This document shows, one piece after another, positions 16,385 to 25,000 of a DNA stretch of 31,305 nt (positions within the stretch are counted from its first letter, which is position 1; every line of letters starts with the position of its first letter). This DNA comes from an uncultured Ignavibacteria bacterium. Its GTDB lineage: Bacteria > Bacteroidota > Ignavibacteria > OLB7. The notes below the pieces were generated by a model that ran no database searches, was not told the origin of the DNA, and was given only the letters and a program-made list of their open reading frames with translations. The position numbers and the translations under genes are program-made. The DNA lies in NCBI GenBank assembly GCA_965650895.1, contig CBFGQN010000001.1:1-31305 (forward strand), in the 5' to 3' direction.

Positions 16385-16470
16385 ATGGTACACGGATGAG
16401 ACGGATCGGACGGATTTGCGCAGATGCTGATCCGTGCGGATCCTGCGTTCCATCCGCGTCATCCGTGTAC
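16385..16470. repeat. Intergenic repeat family A, full palindromic copy
   Basis: The left arm matches 2069-2109 at 38/41 nt. The right arm (16451-16470) reverse-complements to gtacacggatgacgcggatg, identical to the other copy over 19 nt. Starts immediately after the DUF3224 stop. Confidence 0.85.
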
Positions 16471-16501
16471 GATTTCATCCACACGTTCAATCAACACAAC
16501 C

Positions 16502-17293
16502 ATGTCCGCACACAACACCTGGTTCGACGACGAAACATTCTGGGAAGCAACGTTCGATTCGATGTTCCCCGCCGAACGCCTGGAGGCGGCCGAACGTGAA
16601 GTCGACGGATTGATGGAGCTGACCGGACAGACCGACGGTCCGGTTCTCGACCTGGCCTGCGGTCCCGGCAGGCACAGCGTCCGCTTTGCGCAGCTTGGAT
16701 TCGATGTCACCGGCGTCGACCTGAGTCCGTTCCTCCTTGCGAAAGCCCGGAATCACGCAGAGGATCAGGGAGTCGGGGTCGAGTGGGTGGAGTCGGACAT
16801 GCGGGATTTTCTCCGTCCGAACACCTACGCTCTGGCCGTCAATCTTTTCACGGCGTTCGGATATTTCCGCGAGCACGAGGAGAACATGCGCGTCCTGCGG
16901 AACGTCCACGAGAGTCTGCTCCCGGGGGGAACGTTCGTGATCGACGTCGCCGGGAAGGAGATTCTGGCCCGCATCTTCCAGCCGACCGGATCGAGCGAGA
17001 TACCGGGGACCCTCATCATCCAGCGCCGCAACGTCACCGATGACTGGAGCAGAATGGAGAACGTGTGGATAGCGATTCAGGGGGAGAAAATTCGCTCCTA
17101 CAGAGTCGATCACTGGATCTATTCGGCCCGCGAACTGAAGTTGATGATGGGGGAAGTCGGATTCGGAGAGGTTGCGGCCTACGGCGATTTCTACGGTGCC
17201 CCCTACGGCACCGGAGCGGCCCGGCTTGTGGTGGTGGGGAAGAAACAGTCCGGAAACCGGCCGGACGTATCCCGGTGTTCCCGACCATTGTAG
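16502..17293 (+). CDS. Class I SAM-dependent methyltransferase
   Basis: Start MSAHNTWFDD at 16502. Motif I VLDLACGPGRHS, then GVDLS and DMRDF...NLFTAFGYF. Confidence 0.92.
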   Translation: MSAHNTWFDDETFWEATFDSMFPAERLEAAEREVDGLMELTGQTDGPVLDLACGPGRHSVRFAQLGFDVTGVDLSPFLLAKARNHAEDQGVGVEWVESDMRDFLRPNTYALAVNLFTAFGYFREHEENMRVLRNVHESLLPGGTFVIDVAGKEILARIFQPTGSSEIPGTLIIQRRNVTDDWSRMENVWIAIQGEKIRSYRVDHWIYSARELKLMMGEVGFGEVAAYGDFYGAPYGTGAARLVVVGKKQSGNRPDVSRCSRPL

Positions 17294-17348
17294 TCTTGGT
17301 GTGCCTTTGTGGTTTTCACCACCAAGGCACGAAAGGCACAAAGAGACC
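17293..17348. repeat. Intergenic palindromic element, family B, shorter copy
   Basis: 17318-17343 matches 4808-4833 at 21 of 26 nt. Hairpin tgcctttgtggt / accaccaaggca. Immediately after the methyltransferase stop. Confidence 0.7.
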
Positions 17349-17573
17349 ACATAAGGGAATGCCGAACCGATTGGCCGGGTTCGCTCCGTCGACTCATTAT
17401 CCAACCATAACACACCCCCTCCTCTCTTAACCTGAAGTTAACGTACGCCCCTCCTCTGCCGATCCTAACTTGCATCGCTGTACATGCTCCCATGCATTCC
17501 CTTTTTAATGTCATGCTCCGGTCCCGGAAGACCGGAATCAATCAACGATTCAACGATCAGGAGAAATCGACAG

Positions 17574-19478
17574 ATGAGAGAATTTGTTCGGAACACCCGA
17601 ATTGCCGTCCGACGCACGGCGGCGATCTGCGGAATGCTGGCGGCGGGAGCCTTCATCAACGGAACGCTGTACGGACAGTGCGGTCCCTGGACCATCGAAC
17701 TGGACCGGCTCGATACCTATCATTCGGGTCTGTTTGACGAGGGAGGGGCGGAGATCGGAGCCTACGATTCGCGATCCGAACGGATCTTCGTCACCAACGC
17801 CGGAGACAACAGCATGGATGTGCTCGACGCGAGCGATCCGGAGAATCTGTCGCTCGACTTCACGGTCGACCTTTCCGGTTACGGCGGAGGACCGAACAGC
17901 GTGGCGGTCTATCGCGGCGTGGTTGCCGTGGCGGTGGAGGCCGATGAGAAGACCGACAACGGATCGGTCCTCTTCTTCGATACCGACGGCGAGTTTCTGA
18001 ACAGCGTCGAGGTCGGTCCCCTTCCGGATATGCTCACCTTCACGCACAACGGTCAGTACCTGCTTGTGGCAAATGAAGGAGAGCCGAACGACGACTACGA
18101 CGTTGATCCTGAAGGGTCGGTCAGCATTATCGACATGAAGGGAAAGATTTCAAAACTGAACGCCTCGGACGTAAAGACCGTATCGTTCACCTCGTTCAAT
18201 TCGGCGACGCTCGATGGGAGCATCCGCATCTTCGGTCCCGGCGCCTCCGTGGCGCAGGACCTGGAGCCGGAGTATATCGCCGTCAGTCACAACTCGAAGT
18301 ATGCCTACGTCACGTTGCAGGAGAACAATGCGATTGCCGTGATCGATATAAAGAAAGGGACCGTCATCTCTCTGTTCGGCCTCGGCTTCAAGAACCACAA
18401 CACGACCGGCAACGGTATCGACGCAAGTGATCGCGACGATGAAATCAACATCGTCAACTGGCCGGTCTACGGCATCTATATGCCCGACGCAATCGCCGCC
18501 TACCACTATCGCGGCGACGACTATCTGGTGACGGCCAACGAAGGGGATGCCCGCGACTACGATGAGTTCGCCGAGGAAGAGCGGGTCAAGGACCTGACGC
18601 TCGACGAGACCGCCTTCCCGGATGCCGACGATCTCCAGGAAGATGAGGCAATCGGTCGCCTGACCGTCACGACGGTCAACGGTGACACGGACGATGACGG
18701 AGATTACGACGAACTCTACACGCTCGGCGCACGTTCCTTCTCGATCTTCACAACAGACGGCACACTCGTCTTCGACAGCGAGGACGACTTCGAGCAGATC
18801 ACCGCCCTTCTCTACCCGGACGATTTCAACGCCACCAACGACGAGAACGGAACCTTCGACAACCGGAGCGACAACAAGGGTCCGGAACCGGAGGGGTTGA
18901 CGATCGGGACGATCAAGGGGCGGACCTACGCATTTATCGGTCTGGAACGGATCGGCGGCATCATGGTCTACGACATCACCGATCCCTACGATCCTTCCTT
19001 CGTCGAGTATGTCAACAACCGCGACTTCTCCGGGGATGCGGAGGACGGCACCGCAGGCGATCTGGGACCGGAAGGCTTGCACTTTGTCGACAAGGCATCG
19101 AGTCCGACCGACTCTCCCCTGCTGATCGTCACCAACGAGATCAGCGGCACAACCACGGTCTACGAAATCAACAGCCTGCAGAGCGGAAGCGGCAAGAGTG
19201 TGTCGGGTGAATCAATGGAAATATCCGGCACCGTCAGTCCGAATCCGGCTACAACCGACGCAACGATCTCCTTCACAATGGAGCAGGCCGCCAATGTCCG
19301 TCTGGACATCGTGGACATCAACGGCGCGACAGTGACCGGTCTGACCGATGAAGTGCGTAATGCCGGCCACCACTCCGCAACGGTCGACGTCTCCGGACTC
19401 CCGCAAGGGACGTATTTCTGCCGTCTGCTGATCGACGGACGTATCACATCAGTACGACCGATTCAGGTCGTCCGATAG
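17574..19478 (+). CDS. Choice-of-anchor I (alkaline phosphatase/5'-nucleotidase-associated beta-propeller) protein with T9SS type A sorting domain
   Basis: Start at 17574 with an AGGAG RBS. Motifs: GPLPDMLTFT, ANEGEP, DLEPEYIAV, TANEGDARDY, RSDNKGPEPEG, GLERIGG, GDLGPEG. CTD SPNPA...LPQGTYFCRL. Confidence 0.9.
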   Translation: MREFVRNTRIAVRRTAAICGMLAAGAFINGTLYGQCGPWTIELDRLDTYHSGLFDEGGAEIGAYDSRSERIFVTNAGDNSMDVLDASDPENLSLDFTVDLSGYGGGPNSVAVYRGVVAVAVEADEKTDNGSVLFFDTDGEFLNSVEVGPLPDMLTFTHNGQYLLVANEGEPNDDYDVDPEGSVSIIDMKGKISKLNASDVKTVSFTSFNSATLDGSIRIFGPGASVAQDLEPEYIAVSHNSKYAYVTLQENNAIAVIDIKKGTVISLFGLGFKNHNTTGNGIDASDRDDEINIVNWPVYGIYMPDAIAAYHYRGDDYLVTANEGDARDYDEFAEEERVKDLTLDETAFPDADDLQEDEAIGRLTVTTVNGDTDDDGDYDELYTLGARSFSIFTTDGTLVFDSEDDFEQITALLYPDDFNATNDENGTFDNRSDNKGPEPEGLTIGTIKGRTYAFIGLERIGGIMVYDITDPYDPSFVEYVNNRDFSGDAEDGTAGDLGPEGLHFVDKASSPTDSPLLIVTNEISGTTTVYEINSLQSGSGKSVSGESMEISGTVSPNPATTDATISFTMEQAANVRLDIVDINGATVTGLTDEVRNAGHHSATVDVSGLPQGTYFCRLLIDGRITSVRPIQVVR

Positions 19479-19548
19479 AGAGCATCGGGGGATCGTGATG
19501 CATTTGATGTGTGTCAGCGTAGACGTTACCGTCTGCACTCACAGAGGG

Positions 19549-19581
19549 ACGCTCCGGACGTTGTCCGGGGCGTTTTTTTTT
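19549..19581 (+). terminator. Rho-independent terminator
   Basis: acgctccggac-gtt-gtccggggcgt stem followed by a run of T, downstream of the T9SS protein gene. Confidence 0.85.
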
Positions 19582-19687
19582 ATCCTGAAACTTCTCTCAT
19601 CCCCGATCATTTTCCGGAAGAACCTGTGTATGTTTGAGCCGATGCGATTCGGGTATCCGGTCCGATCACTATAAATCCTGATACGCC

Positions 19688-21022
19688 ATGCCCTCTGCTC
19701 CTTTTTTTTCATCCGCCTCGGTCTTCACCGTCGATCGCGACGGGACCGTCCACACAGGTCAGCGGAACAGCGGACCGAACGATCAATCGTATGATCTTTC
19801 CGTCATCGAATTCCTCGACGACGGATCGTTTGCCCGACCGGAGCAACTCGACAGGACTGCTTCAGCGATTACAAAAGCGCGAGGTGACAATCCGAACGGA
19901 GCGATTGTCCTCCTCTTCATTCACGGATGGCATCACAACGCCGCGTGGGATACGGAGAGCGATTCGGGGGATACGCACTTCCGCTCGTTCCGCGAAATCC
20001 TCCTCCACCTGACGCTGAGAGAAGCCGAGCGCTACCTGCCGAACGCATCGGGACGGCGCGTCATCGGCGTCTACGTAGGCTGGAGCGGAGTCACCGAGGG
20101 GATGATCGGCAGGATGGGACCGTTGAAAAACCTGAGTTTCTGGGATCGGTACGGGACGGCGGAGAAGATCGGCGGAAAGGACCCGTTGCGCCGGACGCTT
20201 CAGACGATCGTCGCCGCAGCCAAGGATCCGCTGGAAGGTCAGCGTTCCGACGTGGAATCCCCGCTGATCCTGATCGGACACTCGATGGGTGCGCTGATGC
20301 TTCAGTCGGCGTTCCTGTCGTTGCTGAAAGCCGAAGGCCAGCCTCTTCTCCGTCCGCAGGCTCCCCTCAGGGACCGTGGCGTCACGGTCAAACGGAGCGG
20401 TGTATCGTATTCGTTTCCGGATGTCCTGATCGCCCTGAACTCCGCCGCCGACTCACGCATTGCCCGGGAAATCCTTCAGGAGCTTGAGGCGCAGAAATTC
20501 AGCAAAACCGTCACGGCCGGACGGTATCACTACTCTCCGCCGATGCTGATCTCGGCCACCTCCGAGGCCGACAGCGCAACCGGCTTCGTCTGGCGACTTG
20601 CGCAGGGACTCTATTACAGCCGCAGGACCGACGGTCACGATCAGGACCTGTATACCCACGTATTCAAACAAAACGGTGAGCCCTGTTCCTGTCCAGCTGC
20701 AGGCATAATGGATTTCGGACAGGACTGGCATTGCCTGCGCCCCCCCTATCCTCCCGATATGCCGACTCCGGAGTTTGCCCTCGATCTTCCCGCCGTCAAA
20801 CGGACCCCTCATGGAGAATACCATCACGAGCGCTACGTGCTTCGCTCCGTTGACAACCCCGCGACACCTCACCTTGCATGGATTTTTCAGGTGCCCGATG
20901 ACGTCATTGCCGACCACAACGACATCTTCAACTTCAAATCCAGTCTCCTCATCCTGGCGTTGATCCAGATATCCGGGGCAACGATGAGTCTGGCTGAAGA
21001 CTGGGAAGGGAATTTCGAGTAG
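19688..21022 (+). CDS. Alpha/beta-hydrolase fold protein (putative esterase/lipase)
   Basis: LLFIHGWHHNA oxyanion region, nucleophile elbow GHSMG, candidate acid in SEADSAT and His in ADHNDIF. Confidence 0.75.
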   Translation: MPSAPFFSSASVFTVDRDGTVHTGQRNSGPNDQSYDLSVIEFLDDGSFARPEQLDRTASAITKARGDNPNGAIVLLFIHGWHHNAAWDTESDSGDTHFRSFREILLHLTLREAERYLPNASGRRVIGVYVGWSGVTEGMIGRMGPLKNLSFWDRYGTAEKIGGKDPLRRTLQTIVAAAKDPLEGQRSDVESPLILIGHSMGALMLQSAFLSLLKAEGQPLLRPQAPLRDRGVTVKRSGVSYSFPDVLIALNSAADSRIAREILQELEAQKFSKTVTAGRYHYSPPMLISATSEADSATGFVWRLAQGLYYSRRTDGHDQDLYTHVFKQNGEPCSCPAAGIMDFGQDWHCLRPPYPPDMPTPEFALDLPAVKRTPHGEYHHERYVLRSVDNPATPHLAWIFQVPDDVIADHNDIFNFKSSLLILALIQISGATMSLAEDWEGNFE

Positions 21023-21081
21023 GAGCCTGCTTGCAGCAGGCTTCAAACCGCGCAGAACCGAACCGGTTCGGATCGGCGATT

Positions 21082-21690
21082 TCATTCGCGTACGACAACA
21101 AACCGCTCCGGAAAGATCGGCTCTTTCGGCCTCCACTTCGGAAAGACCGGATCATCCGGAGTTCTCTTCCACTGCGTGGCCATTCGATGGTATCGCTCCA
21201 CCCATTCCGGATACTCGTAATCGGCCGAGAGCGTCGAGTCGTTCACCAGTCGGAAGCGTGCGAAGGGTTCTCCGATCAGCGGATGATTCTTCAGACCGAA
21301 AGTCGTATCAAGCATCGCATCAAAAACGCAATCCATGTTCCGGTCCCAGTACATCACGATCTCGTCGCCGACGATGGAGACCGGATAGCAATAGGCGCAC
21401 TGTCCGTGGTATTCATAGTTGAGGGAATCGTCGATGAAGACCGGAGAAGACCAGGTTCCTTCGCCGTTCCAGCGGGTGTATGCCGTATCGTGGATAATTT
21501 GTTCAAGAGGGCTCCGTACGGTTCGGGGCGCGGTCGGCGCACGTTCGGTCAGGGAGTCGGATTGATCGGATAGGCTGGTGTCGGGGAAGTTCCCGGCCGA
21601 TTCTTCCGTTCGAGAACAACCAGGAATAATGAGTAAAACGAACATTGCCCTGAGCAGCAAGTCGGTTGTTCTGTGGAGATGATTGTTCAT
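21082..21690 (-). CDS. Hypothetical lipoprotein
   Basis: 202 aa. Hydrophobic signal ending IIPGC, then an S/D-rich linker. No family recognised. Confidence 0.6.
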   Translation of the reverse strand: MNNHLHRTTDLLLRAMFVLLIIPGCSRTEESAGNFPDTSLSDQSDSLTERAPTAPRTVRSPLEQIIHDTAYTRWNGEGTWSSPVFIDDSLNYEYHGQCAYCYPVSIVGDEIVMYWDRNMDCVFDAMLDTTFGLKNHPLIGEPFARFRLVNDSTLSADYEYPEWVERYHRMATQWKRTPDDPVFPKWRPKEPIFPERFVVVRE

Positions 21691-21900
21691 GAACGTTCTT
21701 CCATTTTATTTCCGCGCTCAATGTTCAACCGGATGCCTCTTCACTTCGAGACAGCTCGGGAAGCCTTGTCATCCTCCGGGGCTCCCGGCGTCGGCTGAAG
21801 ACCGACGGCTACCGACTCCCGACCATTCAACTAATCCCGATCCGCAGTCAGCTATCAGCTATGAGCCTTCAGCATGAATGCCTTCATCTTTCCCTGACTT

Positions 21901-21938
21901 CCAACTCTACAAACTCCCAACTCTATGAACTCTCAACT
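21901..21938. repeat. Short imperfect tandem repeat (16-nt unit, about 2.4 copies)
   Basis: ccaactctacaaactc / ccaactctatgaactc / tcaact. Confidence 0.6.
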
Positions 21939-21980
21939 AAAAAAAGGGGAAGACCGGCCCCACCGATCTCCCCCTTTTTT
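21939..21980 (-). terminator. Rho-independent terminator of nrdJ, possibly bidirectional
   Basis: Minus strand GGGGGAGATCGG-tgggg-CCGGTCTTCCCC (12-bp stem, 2 GU pairs) followed by T7. A T run is also present on +. Confidence 0.85.
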
Positions 21981-22008
21981 CATTTTGCCTTTTGAGTTTT
22001 GCATTCAC

Positions 22009-25000
22009 CTACGAGCATCCGCTCGTCGTCCCGCACTCCTCGCAGACATGGCAGGCTCCGTTCTGCTTGACCCGCATCGAGCCGCAGTTGCCGCACTGTT
22101 CGCCGGTATAGCCCTGGGCCCTTGCGGTGGCTACTTTTTCCTCGGCGTTGCTGCCGGTTTTTGTTGCCTGTGCGGTGCGGACCGAGCCGCCGGCTCCGTT
22201 TGTCCCATTCGTTCCACCGTTGGTCTCCCGCTTGCGGTACTGCTGGCGTTCCCACAGTTCACGTCCTGGTGAAAGCCGGGCGGCACCGGAATCTTCATCC
22301 CCCGGCCCGTACTCGATCCCCTCGGTCTCATCCACCGCCTTGATGTGGATGAAGTCCTCACGCCCCAGATACTCGTAGCCGATCGCCCGGAAGACGTAGT
22401 CGACGATCGACGTGGCGTTCTTGATCGCCTCGTGTCCCTGCACCGGCCCCGACGGTTCGAAGCGGGTGAAGGTGAAGGTGTCGACCATCTTCTCCAGCGG
22501 CATACCGTACTGCAACGCCTTCGAGGCGAGCACCGCAAAGCAGTTGAGCAATCCCTTGAAGCTTGCCCCCTCCTTGTACATGTCGATGAAGATCTCTCCC
22601 AGCTTGCCGTCTTCGTATTCTCCGGTCCGCAGGAAGACCTTGTGTCCGCCGACGGTCGCCTCGCGGACGAAGCCGTGGCGCCTCTTCGGCAGACGACGAC
22701 GGTCGGCCCGGTGATAGACCTTCTCGACGATCTTCTCCTGCACCTGCTGCGGCCCGACCTGCTCGTTGAAGTCCTGTCCGCTTCCGACCATGTGGGAGGC
22801 GTCAACATCGATGTCACGGAGCGTGACCTGCTCGACGAGTTCGGACTCGGCCGAGACGTTCAGCGGCTGCGAGAGCTTCGAGCCGTCGCGGTAGAGGGCG
22901 ATCGCCTTCAGCATCAGCTTCCACGACTCCAGGTAGACCTTCTCGACATCCTCCAGCGTCGCCTCGCGGGGCATGTTGATCGTCTTGGAGATCGCCCCGG
23001 AAATAAAGGGCTGGGCCGCGGCCATCATCTTCACGTGCCCCATGTAGGCGATATACCGCTTGCCGATCTTGCCGCACCTGTTTGCACAGTCGAAGATCGG
23101 CAGATGCTCCTCCTTCAGATACGGCGCCCCCTCGATCGTCATCGTGCCGCAGACGTAGCGGTTGGCCTCCTCGATCTCCTCTTTGTTGAAGCCGAGTTCG
23201 GCCAGCACGTTGAGCGACGGGTCGTTGACCTGCTCGTCGGTGAAACCGATCGACTTCAGGAACTCGTCGCCGAGCGAATAGCGGTTGAAGGCAAAGGTGA
23301 TGTCGAAGGCGGTCTCCAGTCCGGATTCCACCGCATCGACCTTCTCGTCGGTAAATCCTTTTGCCTTCAGCGAGGCCCGGTTGATGTGCGGACATCCCTT
23401 CAGCGAGGCATAGCCCTTGATATAGGAGGAGATGTCGGCGATCTCCGCATCGCTGTAGCCCAGCCGGTTCAGTGCCTTCGGCACCGACTGGTTGACGATC
23501 TTGAAGTAGCCGCCGCCGGCCAGCTTCTTGAACTTCACCAGCGCGAAGTCCGGCTCGATACCGGTCGTGTCGCAGTCCATGATCAGCGAGATCGTCCCGG
23601 TCGGCGCGATCACCGTCACCTGCGCGTTCCGGTAGCCGTGCTCCTCACCGAGCGCGACGGCCCGGTCCCAGCACTCCTTCGCCGCAGCCGAAAGGTTTGC
23701 CGGACAGAGGGAGTGGTCGATGCCGACCGGCGTCACGGTCAGTCCTTCGTACTCACCCTCCGGAGCGTTATATGCGGCGCGGCGGTGGTTCCGCATCACG
23801 CGAAGCATATCCTTTGCGTTCCGCTTGTACCGGTTAAAGGCTCCGAGCCGACCGGCCATCTCGGCACTGGTCGCGTAGGATTCGCCGGTCATCACCGCAG
23901 TGATCGCTCCGGCCCACGCCCGCCCCTCGTCCGAATCGTACGGGATACCGGCACGCATCAGAACCGTGCCGAGATTTGCATAGCCGAGACCGAGCGTCCG
24001 GGTGTCGAAGCTGATTTGCGCAATTTCTCTTGAAGGGAATTGGGCCATCAGAACGGAGATTTCCAGAACGATTGTCCAGATACGAGTAGCATGTTTATAG
24101 CTTTCGACATCGAATATTCCGGTTTCATCATCGTAGAAATGACCCAGGTTCAGTGATGCCAGATTACACGCAGAATCATCTATAAAAAGGTACTCTGAGC
24201 ACGGATTGCTTCCGTTGATTCTCCCTTCCTTCGGACTGGTGTGCCACTCGTTGATCGTCGTGTCGAACTGCAGACCCGGGTCGGCGCAGCTCCAGGCGGC
24301 GTAGTTGATCTTCTCCCAGAGATAGCGGGCCTTCACCGTCTTCGCCCTCTCCTCGCTCGTCCGCCACATCAGGTGCCAGTCTGCGTCCTCGGCTACCGCT
24401 TTCATGAAGTCGTTTGAAATCCGGACGGAGTTGTTGGAGTTCTGTCCGCTGACGGTATTGTAGGCCTCCCCCTCGTAGTTCAGGTCGTACTCGTTGAAGT
24501 CGATCTTCTCCATCCCCTGATCGACCAGCGAAAGGACGCGGACGATATAGTTGAAGGGGATGCCGCGGCTGAGGGCCCGCTGCACCAGACTGTGAAGTTC
24601 GGACGAGGGATCGGAATAATCGGTCCCCTGCTCCCGTCCCACCTCTGCGATCTCCGCCAGGAAGGCCCGGCAGATGCGCGAACCGGCCACCAGCGCAGCC
24701 ACCTTCTGCTCCTCGACCATCTTCCAGTCGATGAACTTCTCGATGTCCGGATGATCGATGTTCAGGATCACCATCTTCGCGGCCCGCCGCGTGGTTCCGC
24801 CGGATTTCACGGCACCGGCTGCCCGGTCGTTCACCTTCAGGAAGCTCATCAATCCGGAGGAGACGCCGCCGCCGGAGAGGGGCTCACCTTCGCCCCGGAG
24901 TTCGGAGAAGTTGCTTCCGGTTCCGGAGCCGTACTTGAAGATGCGGGCCTCGCGGGTGACCAGATCGAAGATGCCCCCGTCGTTTACGAGGTCGTCGCTG

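Noticed and set aside
2069-17348. Possible CRISPR array from the recurring repeats
   Set aside because: Copies are kilobases apart with no regular repeat-spacer pattern and no cas genes.
21024-21071. 7-bp hairpin and a perfect 14-bp palindrome (ccgaaccggttcgg) between convergent genes
   Set aside because: Plausibly a weak bidirectional terminator, but there is no U tract and no second copy; not enough support.
22345-24033. 562-aa plus-strand ORF
   Set aside because: Antisense to nrdJ; a shadow ORF.
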